Origin: Candidatus Eiseniibacteriota bacterium
GTDB lineage: Bacteria; Eisenbacteria; RBG-16-71-46; CAZAMP01
Assembly (NCBI GenBank): GCA_965224245.1
Contig: OZ245046.1
Span: forward strand, 5,440,001-5,504,000
Direction of reading: 5' to 3'
Length of the DNA stretch: 64,000 bases
The translations under genes and the position numbers were made by a program. Every line of letters starts with the position of its first letter. The first letter of the stretch is position 1. The notes under the pieces were generated by a model that was given only the letters and a program-made list of their open reading frames with translations, did not search any database and was not told the origin of the DNA. This document shows positions 51,699-62,586 of the stretch, in pieces.

Positions 51699-52079
51699 CT
51701 ATGCGCGCCCGATCACGCGCAGCGCAACCTGGATGCCGAGCCAGGCGGCCACGAGCGCCCCGACGTTGGCGAGCACGGCGTAGCCCATGCCCCGGATCGG
51801 CGATGCCTCGGACAGGTGCAACACCTCGAGCGTGTAGGTCGAGAACGTCGTCAGTCCGCCGAGGAGCCCCACCGTGATCGCCAGCCGGTGCTCGTCGCGC
51901 ATCGTGAGCTGCTCGACGAACAGCGTGGCCAGCAGCCCGATCGCGAACGAGCCGACGAGGTTCACCAGGAGCGTGCCCCAGGGCAGCACCGCCCCCGGTC
52001 GATTGAAGATCACGTTCATGCCGTACCGGAGGACGGCGCCCACCCCGCCGCCGAGCGCGATCCAGAGGACGTTGGTCAC
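51699..52079 (-). CDS. crcB: Fluoride channel Fluc/CrcB
   Basis: GGGVGAVLRY, PWGTLLVNLVGSF, GGLTTFST; 126 aa, 4 TM. Confidence 0.93.
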   Translation of the reverse strand: MTNVLWIALGGGVGAVLRYGMNVIFNRPGAVLPWGTLLVNLVGSFAIGLLATLFVEQLTMRDEHRLAITVGLLGGLTTFSTYTLEVLHLSEASPIRGMGYAVLANVGALVAAWLGIQVALRVIGRA

Positions 52080-53272
52080 GATCGCTCACCCGCCGGTGCC
52101 GGGATGGCGTCGTCCCCGATCAGCCCCACCGGCTCGTCAGCCGCGACCTGGGGCATCGCGAAGCGCATGTCGGGGTGGAGCGCGTGCCACGCGAAGCGCA
52201 GCATCGGGATCGCCACGACGGCGGACCGCACGCGATCCGCGCCGGCGTCCACCGGATCGCGGCGAGCCGGCACCACGCGCGTCACGGGTGGATCGTCGGT
52301 GAACGACAGGGTCACGTCGGCGGCGCCGACGCCGACGGTGACGCGGCCGCTCGGGCCGTCCACGCGCTCCCGGATCCACCGGAACGGAACTACGCTGCAG
52401 GTCTCACCGGCGCACAGCACCACGATCGGCGCCTTCTTCGCGAACGCGTCGTCGCCGGGCGCGGCCGAGAGCGGCGCGTCGGGCAGGAGGTCGTTGCCGT
52501 AGTAGTTGCCGTACGGCTCGGTCCGGTACTTCAGCATCATCACGCGGTCGGGGTCGATGACGGTGGTGCCGGGGTGGCGGGAGACCCACGATCCCCAGTG
52601 ATCCACGTCGAACGGGTGCACCGTCAGCTCCGCATCCCGTGCCGCCGCCGGGCCCGCGATCGCCCGCGCGAGGATCTGTCCCCACAGGCTCTCGTCGGCC
52701 TCGCTCTCGCGCCGATCGTACAGGACCAGGTTGGCGTTGTAGACGAGCCCCGAGAAGCCGAGCTCCACCACGTCGCCGTCCAGCCGGCGATCGAACACCA
52801 CGGCGGCGTCGCACTTGGGACTGTACGTGACCGCGATCGGCCAGCCGCCCAGGGTGTCGTTCAGCACCTCGTGCCAGGCGAGCACGCGAAGCGGATACGC
52901 CCGGGCGTGATCGCCGACCGTGACGCCGATCACGCGATCGGTCGAGACCAGGTACTTCGCGCGTCCGGTGATGGGCTTCACGTCGCCGACGCCCCCGGGC
53001 GAGATCAGCGGGGGATAGTCGAGCGGCTGGATGCCGTTGCGCGGCAGCCCGCTCGCCGCGAGCGCGGCCCGATCCACGGTGAGCGTCGAGAGGTCGTAGC
53101 CGTAGGTCTCGACGTTCCGGCCGTCACCCCGGCGTGGCGCGGTGCGCGAGTCGACCACGAGCGAGATCTGCCACCACGCGACGAACGTCGTGATCACGGC
53201 CAGCGGGAAGACGAGCCATCCGCCGCTCCGGATGAAGCCGCCGCGTCGCGGCGAGGCGGTGCCGGTCATCAC
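52076..53272 (-). CDS. DUF3179 domain protein, membrane-anchored
   Basis: RAYPLRVLAWHEVLND, FSGLVYNANLVLYDR, SLWGQ; N-terminal TM. Confidence 0.82.
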   Translation of the reverse strand: MMTGTASPRRGGFIRSGGWLVFPLAVITTFVAWWQISLVVDSRTAPRRGDGRNVETYGYDLSTLTVDRAALAASGLPRNGIQPLDYPPLISPGGVGDVKPITGRAKYLVSTDRVIGVTVGDHARAYPLRVLAWHEVLNDTLGGWPIAVTYSPKCDAAVVFDRRLDGDVVELGFSGLVYNANLVLYDRRESEADESLWGQILARAIAGPAAARDAELTVHPFDVDHWGSWVSRHPGTTVIDPDRVMMLKYRTEPYGNYYGNDLLPDAPLSAAPGDDAFAKKAPIVVLCAGETCSVVPFRWIRERVDGPSGRVTVGVGAADVTLSFTDDPPVTRVVPARRDPVDAGADRVRSAVVAIPMLRFAWHALHPDMRFAMPQVAADEPVGLIGDDAIPAPAGERS

Positions 53273-53276
53273 GCGC

Positions 53277-54317
53277 TCAGGGGCGATCGGTCTGCGAGAT
53301 GACGGTCAGGCGCCCGGCCTTCCACGGCACGAGCCCGGCGCCAGGCCCGCGATCGGCCACCATCAGCGCGAGCAAGATCGGCAGGTAGATGAGGCTCGCG
53401 AAGAAGACGCGCCGGGCCAGGGCCGAGCTGCGCCGGCGGTACAGGCTCCAGCACAGGCGCGCGAACACGATGCCCACCGGCGCCGCGCCCAGCGCGAACC
53501 ACCATCCGGCGATGCCGGTGAGGACGATCGTGGCCGACAGCGGCAACAGCACGATCGCGTACATCAGGATCAGACGCGTGGTCCGGACACCCGAGGGATC
53601 CACGATCGGCAGCATGCGAAAGCCCGCCCCCGCGTACTGGTCGCGATGGAACCAGGCCAGCGACAGGAAGTGCGGGATCTGCCACACGAAGAGCACCAGG
53701 AAGAGCACCCAGGCGCGCATGTCGAGGTGCCCGGTGACCGCCGTCCAGCCCATCATCGGGGGAATGGCGCCGACCACCGCGCCCACCAGCGTGCAGCTCG
53801 GGTCGCGGACCTTCAGCGGCGTGTACACGAACACGTACAGCGCGAGCGTGATGATCGACAGCGTGGCGGTCAGGACGTTCACCAGGGTCGCGAGAACCAC
53901 CGGCCCCGAGACCGCGAGCGTGGTGGCCACGATCAGCGCGTGCATCCGCGTCATCCGGCCCGACGGCAGCGGGCGTCCGGCCGTGCGGGCCATGCGGCGG
54001 TCCAGATCCACCTCCCACCACTGATTCAGGGCATTGGCGCCGGTGGCGGCGAGCCCCGTGCCGAGCAGCGTCCAGAGCAGGCGGACCCAGTCCAGGGCGC
54101 CGGTCGTGGCGACGGCGGATCCCACGAACGTGGTGATGACCACCAGGGCCGACAGCCGGAACTTGGTCAGATCGAAGTAATCCTTTGCCCAGTAGCGCGA
54201 TGCGGCGTTGGTGCGGTGCCGAACGGGGGTCGGAGATGGGATCCCCGGCATCCCGGGCGTCTCCGGCGCGGTGGGCGCCGCGAGGGGCTCCCGGGAGCTG
54301 GGAGTCTGTAACGTCAT
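53277..54317 (-). CDS. ctaB: Protoheme IX farnesyltransferase (heme O synthase)
   Basis: LTKFRL, NQWWEVDLDRRMARTAGRPLPSG, YTPLK, GAIPPMMGW, WQIPHF. Confidence 0.95.
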   Translation of the reverse strand: MTLQTPSSREPLAAPTAPETPGMPGIPSPTPVRHRTNAASRYWAKDYFDLTKFRLSALVVITTFVGSAVATTGALDWVRLLWTLLGTGLAATGANALNQWWEVDLDRRMARTAGRPLPSGRMTRMHALIVATTLAVSGPVVLATLVNVLTATLSIITLALYVFVYTPLKVRDPSCTLVGAVVGAIPPMMGWTAVTGHLDMRAWVLFLVLFVWQIPHFLSLAWFHRDQYAGAGFRMLPIVDPSGVRTTRLILMYAIVLLPLSATIVLTGIAGWWFALGAAPVGIVFARLCWSLYRRRSSALARRVFFASLIYLPILLALMVADRGPGAGLVPWKAGRLTVISQTDRP

Positions 54318-54579
54318 GAGCGACCTCTAGATACAGCGCGCATCGGCCGAGCGGGCGGGGCCCCGCCCGGCCGGCAGGACTCCGTTTCGACAGCGCGGGA
54401 GTATAGCGCAACTCACCGGCCCGCGACATCCGATCCGGACCCCGGCGGACCCGCTTCTCGGCCCCTTTGCGTGCGGTCCCCGGCGCTGTGCTACGCTAAC
54501 TCGCGCCGCGTTCAGGGCCCCTTTCCGGACCCCGCCACGCGTCGACCGACCTGCGAACCCCGTCCAAGGAGGGTTGGCG

Positions 54580-55944
54580 ATGACCGAAGCCACCGCGCGC
54601 GCGCACGCCGCGACGATCCCGGTCGAGCCCCGCTCGCTCTCGACCCCCGCCGCCGGGGGCCGTACATATATGTTGCCCCTCGGATTCGGAACGACGCTCG
54701 GGATGTGGGGCGTCGGGTACCTGAGCCGGCTCTCGCCCGGCCTGGTCCCGTCGTGGATCACGCTCATCCTGATGCTGGGCTGCCTGTTCGGCGGCGGCCT
54801 CGTCGCCGGGCGATACACCGGCCGGGGCTGGCGGGCCGGACTGAACACCGGCGTGGTCGCCGCGCTCCTGAACATGCTCATCCTCGGGAGCCTCGTCTCC
54901 GGAGGCAGCGCGGCGATGATCGCCACGTCGATCGCCGCGTGGCTCGGCGCGTCCCTGATCGTCTCCGCGCTCGTGGCCGCGGCCGGGGGCGCCGTGGGCG
55001 CGCGCTTCCCGGTGGTCCGCGACGCCGGCGTGAACTGGACCGCAGCGTTCGCCGCGGTCGCGGCCACGGTGGCGTTCTCGGTCCTGGTCGTGGGCGGACT
55101 CGTCACCGGCCACGAGGCAGGCCTGGCCGTCGTCGACTGGCCGAATTCCTTCGGTCACAACATGTTCCTGTATCCGCTGTCGCAGATGACGGGCGGCATC
55201 TTCTACGAGCACGCACATCGTCTCTTCGGCTCGTTCGTCGGGCTGACGACGCTCGTCCTGACGATCCACCTCAACATGACCGACCGTCGCCGCTGGCTCC
55301 GCATGCTCGCGGTGGCCGCGCTGGTCGGCGTGATCTCCCAGGGGATCCTCGGTGGGCTCCGCGTGACCGGTCACTTCACGACGAGCCAGTCCCCCGACGT
55401 CGTCTCGCCCAGCATCGTGCTCGCGATCGTGCACGCCGTGTTCGGTCAGGTCGTGTTCGGGCTTCTGGTCTCGATCGCGGTGTTCACGTCGACCGGGTGG
55501 CGGCGCCGCACCGCGGGGCTCGTGCGCGAGTCGGCCCGGACCGATCGGCTGGCCACGTCGGCGCTCGTCGTGGCGCTGGTCGGTCAGCTGATCCTGGGTG
55601 CCGTGCAGCGACACACCGCCGGTGCGCTCGTGGTGCACATCCTGATGGCGACCGTCGTGACCGCGCTCGCCGTGTTCGTGGGCATGCGCGCGTGGGGCAT
55701 GAAGCGGGTGCCGGTCCTGCAGCGACTCGGACCGAAGCTGCTCGGGCTGGTGTCGTTCCAGCTGATGCTGGGCGTGGGCGCGCTCGCGGTCACGTCGATG
55801 CCGGGCTCCGAGGACGGCCCCTGGCTCGGCGACGTCATCGTGACGACGATGCACCAGGCCACCGGAGCCGCGCTGCTGGCGCTGACGGTGATGGTGGTCA
55901 TCTGGACGCATCGGCTCCTGGCACCGCCGGCGCGGGAGTACTGA
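54580..55944 (+). CDS. ctaA: Heme A synthase (COX15/CtaA) with N-terminal membrane extension
   Basis: GGLVTGHEAGLAVVDWP, EHAHRL, QGILGGLRV, HAVFGQ, HQATGA; AAGGAGG RBS; divergent from ctaB. Confidence 0.88.
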   Translation: MTEATARAHAATIPVEPRSLSTPAAGGRTYMLPLGFGTTLGMWGVGYLSRLSPGLVPSWITLILMLGCLFGGGLVAGRYTGRGWRAGLNTGVVAALLNMLILGSLVSGGSAAMIATSIAAWLGASLIVSALVAAAGGAVGARFPVVRDAGVNWTAAFAAVAATVAFSVLVVGGLVTGHEAGLAVVDWPNSFGHNMFLYPLSQMTGGIFYEHAHRLFGSFVGLTTLVLTIHLNMTDRRRWLRMLAVAALVGVISQGILGGLRVTGHFTTSQSPDVVSPSIVLAIVHAVFGQVVFGLLVSIAVFTSTGWRRRTAGLVRESARTDRLATSALVVALVGQLILGAVQRHTAGALVVHILMATVVTALAVFVGMRAWGMKRVPVLQRLGPKLLGLVSFQLMLGVGALAVTSMPGSEDGPWLGDVIVTTMHQATGAALLALTVMVVIWTHRLLAPPAREY

Positions 55945-56318
55945 TGAAGCGCGTGTTCACCGCGCCCGATCCGTCGCTCGTGCATCACGCCAGGAATCTG
56001 CTCGAGTCGGCCGGCATCGTCTCGATCGTGCAGGGCGAGCTACGCGGCGTCGCGTCCGGTGAGCTGCCGCCGATCCAGTGCTGGCCCGAGCTGTGGATCC
56101 TCGAGACCGACGACTACCAGGAAGCCTGTCGCGTGCTCAGAGGGCTCGACGTGCCCGACGGGTCCGGAGAGCCCTGGGAGTGTCACGTCTGCCACGAGAC
56201 GATCGACCCACCGTTCACCGCGTGCTGGCAGTGCGGGACCGAGCGATCCATCGACCGCGATCGCGAGAGCTCGCTCCCGCGAGATGATCCGTCGCTCTCC
56301 GGCAACGCCCGCACGTAG
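55944..56318 (+). CDS. DUF2007-type protein with RanBP2-like zinc finger
   Basis: HARNLLESAGI, GELPPIQCWPELWI, WECHVC...FTACWQCG; start overlaps the ctaA stop. Confidence 0.8.
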   Translation: MKRVFTAPDPSLVHHARNLLESAGIVSIVQGELRGVASGELPPIQCWPELWILETDDYQEACRVLRGLDVPDGSGEPWECHVCHETIDPPFTACWQCGTERSIDRDRESSLPRDDPSLSGNART

Positions 56319-56429
56319 GTGGAGGCGCAGGCCATGGACGCGTCCACGTCCGGCGCGGTACGTGCCTCGGCGTCGCCCGCGCGCGGCCTACGTGCGGCTC
56401 GGACGGACGACGACCTTCGGGACTCCCGA

Positions 56430-58637
56430 TCACGCCCGTGCGTAGAGGTCGGATCCCAGGAAGGACTCGACCACCGTGGGGTCGAACAGGGTACCGGCCT
56501 CGGAGGCGATGTACTCGCGGGTCCGGTCCGGTGACCAGCGCCGGCGGTACGGGCGATCGGACGTGAGCGCGTCCCACACGTCCACGACGGCGAAGATCCG
56601 CGCCGCCATCGGGATCTCCTCGCCCCGGAGCCCGCGCGGATAGCCCGATCCGTCCCACCGCTCGTGGTGACAGTACGGAATGTCGATCGCGGGGCGGAGG
56701 TACTCGATCGGCGCGAGCATGTGATAGGCGTACACGGGGTGCAGGCGCATCGTCTTCCACTCGGCGTCGGTCAGCGGGCCGGGCTTGTGGAGGATGCGAT
56801 CGGGGATGCCCATCTTGCCGATGTCGTGCAGCAGCGCGCCGCGCCGCACGTGGATGATGTCGGTGTCGGTCCAGTCGAGGCGCCGGGCCAGCGCGACCGT
56901 GGTCTCGGTGACGCGCCGCGTGTGACCCTCGGTCTCGCGATCGCGAAGATCCAGCGCCCGGGTCCAGCCCTCCAGCGTCTCGTCGTAGGCCACCTGCAGC
57001 CGATCGTCCGACTGGCGTACGCTGGCCATCAGCTCGGCGCGCTCGATCGCCGACACGATCTGTCGGGCGGCGCCGTCGAAGAGGTCGACCCAGCCCGGGT
57101 CGACGTGGTAGGGCGCGCGGTGAAACACCTCGAGCACGCCCTTCAGGTCGGGGCCCGAGAGCATCGGTACGCCGTAGTAGGCCCGGAATCCCTCGTCCGC
57201 CAGCAGCGACGATCGGGGCCAGAGGCCACCGAGGTCGCTCAGCGCGGGAATCTGGAGCTGGCAGCGCGTCTTCGCGATGCGACCGGCCAGTCCCTCGCCG
57301 ATGCGGAGCTGCATGCCCCCGAGCGTGCGCGTGCGGAACCCGATCCCCGACAGGAAGCGGAGCGTGCGCCCGCAGGGCTCGGTGACGAAGAGCGCCGCCG
57401 CATCGGCGCCCACGCGGGTGGCCAGCTCGATCAGCACCGGCCGCACGGTGTCGGCCAGCTCGTCGGTCGGCGTGGTGGGCATCGGGATGGGTGTCCACGC
57501 GACCGGGGGTGGCGGCACGCTGGAGGGTGGCATGGAGAGTCGCGCCGCATCGCCGGCGAAGCGTGCCCGTGCGTACGTGGTGGCGAGCACGTCGGCGACG
57601 GTCCGGAGCGCATCGAGCTCCAGGGACGTCCACCGGCGCTCCCGATGGCGGGACTCGAAGCCCAGCACGCCTGCCAGCTCGTTGCCGAACCGGACCGGCA
57701 CCAGCGCCACCGACCGGGTCTCGCGCGCGCCCTCGCCGTCGCCCGAGGGCGCGGGGATCAGCGCCGACACGGCCTCGCCCCGATCGAGCTGTAGCTGGAA
57801 CAGGCGAAGGAGCCCGGCGTCCACCGACGTCTGCCAGTCCCCGTCGGCGCACCACAGCTGATCGACGGCGAACGACGCACGCGTGCCGCCGGTCGACGCC
57901 CCCGTTCCCCGGTCGCCGACCGGTGCCGCATGAACGGCCGCGTCCACGTCCGCCGCGCGGGCGAGTGCTTCGAGCACGAGCGCGATCCGCTCGCCGTCCG
58001 GATCGTCCGCGGACAGCATCTCGACCGACGACCGGATCGCGGCCAGCAGGCGAGCCGACACGTCGTCGCGGCCATCGACGCCGTTGCTCCGACCCTCTCG
58101 TGGCGACTCGGCCCGCTCACGCGACATGCGTGCGGCGAGGGCACGATCGACGGCGTTCGTCACCGGCGCGGGCGTCGCGCCGGAGACCAGAGTCGGGGAC
58201 GCACCATCGCGCCCGGACGATGCACGCTCGCCGCCGACGCCGGCCGTCATCAGTGCCTCGACCGGCGCGGCGACACGAGCCGAAAGCACGCGCTTCACCG
58301 CCGCGGGGAGCCGGGAGAGATGACGCATTCGTACGAGATCGGCGGCGCCGCCTCGCATCAGATCGACGGCGACGTCCTCGCCGCCGGCCTCGGTGACGAC
58401 GATGAACGGCGTTCCCGGGCGGTGCGCGTTGCGGATCTGGAGCGCGTCGAGCGCATCGAACGAGGGAAGCGAGTAGTTCGAGATGATCACGTCGAAGGGT
58501 CTGGACATGGCGTCCAGGTAGGCGCGCCGGGTGTGCACGCGTCGAGCACGAGGCTCGAATCCACCGCTGGCCAGCGTCGTGACGATGGAGCTCGCAACCG
58601 TGCGGTCATCGTCGACGATCAAGACGCGAAGATGCAT
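56430..58637 (-). CDS. REC(degenerate)-GAF-GAF-HD-GYP c-di-GMP phosphodiesterase
   Basis: VLIVDDD; GEGLAG GAF; ETEGHTRRV, LHDIGKMG, HHERWDGSGYP, DVWDAL. Confidence 0.92.
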   Translation of the reverse strand: MHLRVLIVDDDRTVASSIVTTLASGGFEPRARRVHTRRAYLDAMSRPFDVIISNYSLPSFDALDALQIRNAHRPGTPFIVVTEAGGEDVAVDLMRGGAADLVRMRHLSRLPAAVKRVLSARVAAPVEALMTAGVGGERASSGRDGASPTLVSGATPAPVTNAVDRALAARMSRERAESPREGRSNGVDGRDDVSARLLAAIRSSVEMLSADDPDGERIALVLEALARAADVDAAVHAAPVGDRGTGASTGGTRASFAVDQLWCADGDWQTSVDAGLLRLFQLQLDRGEAVSALIPAPSGDGEGARETRSVALVPVRFGNELAGVLGFESRHRERRWTSLELDALRTVADVLATTYARARFAGDAARLSMPPSSVPPPPVAWTPIPMPTTPTDELADTVRPVLIELATRVGADAAALFVTEPCGRTLRFLSGIGFRTRTLGGMQLRIGEGLAGRIAKTRCQLQIPALSDLGGLWPRSSLLADEGFRAYYGVPMLSGPDLKGVLEVFHRAPYHVDPGWVDLFDGAARQIVSAIERAELMASVRQSDDRLQVAYDETLEGWTRALDLRDRETEGHTRRVTETTVALARRLDWTDTDIIHVRRGALLHDIGKMGIPDRILHKPGPLTDAEWKTMRLHPVYAYHMLAPIEYLRPAIDIPYCHHERWDGSGYPRGLRGEEIPMAARIFAVVDVWDALTSDRPYRRRWSPDRTREYIASEAGTLFDPTVVESFLGSDLYARA

Positions 58638-59320
58638 CGCGCGATGGATCTCCAAGCAGTCCGTGCTAAAGGGATCACAACGGTTCGACTGCGACGAAGC
58701 GTCGAGACGACGAAGAACGCCGAAGTGTAATGACGTCCGTGAGTCGACGGCAACCGTTTACTGGTCACTCTGGAACCACGGCGACCGTTTGCTCGCGTGC
58801 AGACCGAGGTCGACAATCTATCCCACGTGCGCGACGAAACCGAACACGAAAGCGAGCCGTTCTCGCGCGTCGACGTCGTCACATGCAAGTGCCCGTCGAA
58901 TCGTGCGATCGAGAAAACGCCGGGGGCATCGCGACGTCATCCGAGCGCGCGCTCGCGCGCGAGCGCGCTCGAGGGCCGCGCGCCCGCGGTCTCGGTCACG
59001 CGTCGTGTCGACGAGCCGAACGCCGGCGCTCGCCGGCGGGACCCCACCGGCTCGTCGGCCTGACGGGAGGTGAGTCTGGCAGCGCCGCTCGAGGGGACGG
59101 CGAAGGCGCCATCATGCTCGGACCGTCTTGCCGAGCCCGCGTTCGGTCCGCCTTTCCGCCATGACGACAAACTGTTTCTTGGTTGAAACTTACGACCTTC
59201 TGAACAAATGCGTGGATCTGAGTGTCTGGACGTGCTTATAGTCGGGGTCAGCCGGGCGACTGGTAACTGCTCACGCTGCGACCTGTACTCCGGTACCCTG
59301 CTGTCCTCCGCTGCTTGGTG

Positions 59321-59369
59321 GACGGGCACCTTCGGGTTTTTGGATGGATTTCCGCCGAAGGTGCCCGTC
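59321..59369. terminator. Perfect 15-bp inverted repeat downstream of the sigma-54 activator gene (terminator or structured RNA)
   Basis: GACGGGCACCTTCGG (59321-59335) / CCGAAGGTGCCCGTC (59355-59369), 19-nt loop; no flanking U-tract. Confidence 0.5.
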
Positions 59370-59410
59370 GCCGGGTCGCATCCCACCACCCGCGCCGTCC
59401 CCGGTCTCGA

Positions 59411-60820
<1,410 letters not shown>

Positions 60821-60829
60821 CGGCTCTTC

Positions 60830-62566
60830 TCAGGCACGCAGGTTCCGCGGCAGATGAACGCGCATCACCGTTCCGGCCTCGGGTGCGCTCTCGACGTCGA
60901 TGTGGCCGCCGTGGCGCTCCACGGCGCTCCGGACGATCGCCAGCCCGAGTCCGGTTCCATCGGGGCGGGCGGTGTAGAACGGATCGAAGACGTGAGCGAC
61001 CTCGTCGGGCGACATCCCGCGTCCGGTGTCGCGCACGGTCACGACGGCGACGTCGTCCTCCTCGGGTGCGCCGCCCATGCCGGCGCACCGGCTGCCGATC
61101 GTGACCGTGACGTCGCCGCCAGGGTCGGTGGCCGCCAGCGCGTTGGCAAGGAGATTGTTCCACACGGTGGACAGCGCCGACGGATCGCCGTCGAGCGAGA
61201 TCGGCTCGGTCGCCTCGACCGCGAGGCGGACCCCACGTTGCTGGGCATCGGCCTCGAAGAGTGTGACCGCTGCCCGTACCGATGCCACGAGGTCGATCGA
61301 CTCGGTGTGGAGGGTCTCCGCGCTCGAGAGGACGAGCACGTCGCTCACGAGCTTCTCTAGGCGGTGAAGCTCGCCGGTCACCGACGAGAAGTACCGATCG
61401 AACGCGGCCCGCTCGTCGGTTCCGCCGGGCGGGGCGGTCTTGTCGCGGAGCTGCTGCATCGTGAGCTGGATCGTGTTCAGCGGATTGCGCACCTCGTGGG
61501 CAACGCCGGCGGCCAGACGACCCACCGTGGCCAGGCGCTCGGCCTCGGCGAGCTGTTGCTCGATCGCCTTGGTCTGGCGCAGCCGACCCACCATGCGGTT
61601 GAACGAGGTCGTGAGGCGCCCGATCTCGTCGCGGCGCTCGACGGCGATGTCCACGTCCAGGTCGCCCGACTCGACGCGCTCGAACGAGCGCTCGAGCCGC
61701 CGGAGCGGTCGCGTGAACTGCACCGCCATCAGCCCCGCGCCCACGGCACCCAGCCCCAGGAGCGAGGAGACGAGCCAGACCCCGCGGCGCCGCGATGCCG
61801 CGAGCGCGTCGGTCAGCTCGGCCAGCGGATAGCGGACCTCGAACACCGCGAGCGAATCCTTCTGGCCATAGAAGAACGGCACCTCGAACAGGAACTCGTC
61901 GTGCGTGGTGCGGCGGGGGCCGAAGCGCGCGGTGAGCTCGGCCAGACGCCCGCGCATCGTCGACTCGGCCACGGCGCGGGGAAAGGGCGGGATGAGAGCG
62001 TCGGGCGCCGTCTCGACGTCGACCACGATCTTGCCGGGGCGCAGCGAGTCCGCGAGCGAGCGCCGCTCGTAGCGCGTGGTGATCGTCCGGTCGTCGACCT
62101 CTTGATGCCACACGTGTCCCGGCTGCTCAGACCAGAACAGCGAGTCGCCCTCGTCGGCGAACACGAAGACCTCGGTTCGGATCGAGTCGCATCCGTCGAG
62201 GTCCAGCGGCAGTTCCTCGAGCTCGGCGATGAGCTCCCGCACGCTGTCACGATCGGCGATCGCGTGCGTGACCACGTGCTGCAGGTCGTCGCCGACGTGC
62301 CGGAACCGAACCGTGGCCCGGGTGGCGCTGAACCCGGAATCGGAGGACACGGGTGTCAGCGTATCGAAGAAGCCGCGGTCGTCCTCCATGACGGCGAGCA
62401 TGACGCGCTCGGTCGCCTGGCGCGTGGACAGGTTCACCTCGTCGTTGATGCGCGCGATCCGATCCTCGAGATCGCGCTGCTCGCGCGCGTTCAACAGGAA
62501 CTGGGCCGCCACGACGGCCATGACGAGGAACATCATCATGGCCGCCAGGCGAAGCTTGAGCGTCAT
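60830..62566 (-). CDS. Membrane sensor histidine kinase with HAMP domain
   Basis: Two TM, HAMP (DEIGRLTTSFNRM), AHEVRNPL, NLLANA, DTGRGM, GTGLGL. Confidence 0.95.
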   Translation of the reverse strand: MTLKLRLAAMMMFLVMAVVAAQFLLNAREQRDLEDRIARINDEVNLSTRQATERVMLAVMEDDRGFFDTLTPVSSDSGFSATRATVRFRHVGDDLQHVVTHAIADRDSVRELIAELEELPLDLDGCDSIRTEVFVFADEGDSLFWSEQPGHVWHQEVDDRTITTRYERRSLADSLRPGKIVVDVETAPDALIPPFPRAVAESTMRGRLAELTARFGPRRTTHDEFLFEVPFFYGQKDSLAVFEVRYPLAELTDALAASRRRGVWLVSSLLGLGAVGAGLMAVQFTRPLRRLERSFERVESGDLDVDIAVERRDEIGRLTTSFNRMVGRLRQTKAIEQQLAEAERLATVGRLAAGVAHEVRNPLNTIQLTMQQLRDKTAPPGGTDERAAFDRYFSSVTGELHRLEKLVSDVLVLSSAETLHTESIDLVASVRAAVTLFEADAQQRGVRLAVEATEPISLDGDPSALSTVWNNLLANALAATDPGGDVTVTIGSRCAGMGGAPEEDDVAVVTVRDTGRGMSPDEVAHVFDPFYTARPDGTGLGLAIVRSAVERHGGHIDVESAPEAGTVMRVHLPRNLRA

Positions 62567-62586
62567 GCCGAACTCACCTCGGCGAG

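Noticed and set aside
58947-58968. 22-bp perfect palindrome GCGCGCTCGCGCGCGAGCGCGC
   Set aside because: Low-complexity CG alternation that is likely by chance at this GC content; no second copy seen
58656-59160. Possible c-di-GMP riboswitch upstream of the HD-GYP gene
   Set aside because: Could not identify the GEMM P2/P3 elements by eye; needs an Infernal scan
59161-59241. 26-codon ORF MTTNCFLVETYDLLNKCVDLSVWTCL with three Cys
   Set aside because: No RBS, atypical codon usage, overlaps the IHF-like motif; no modifying enzymes nearby
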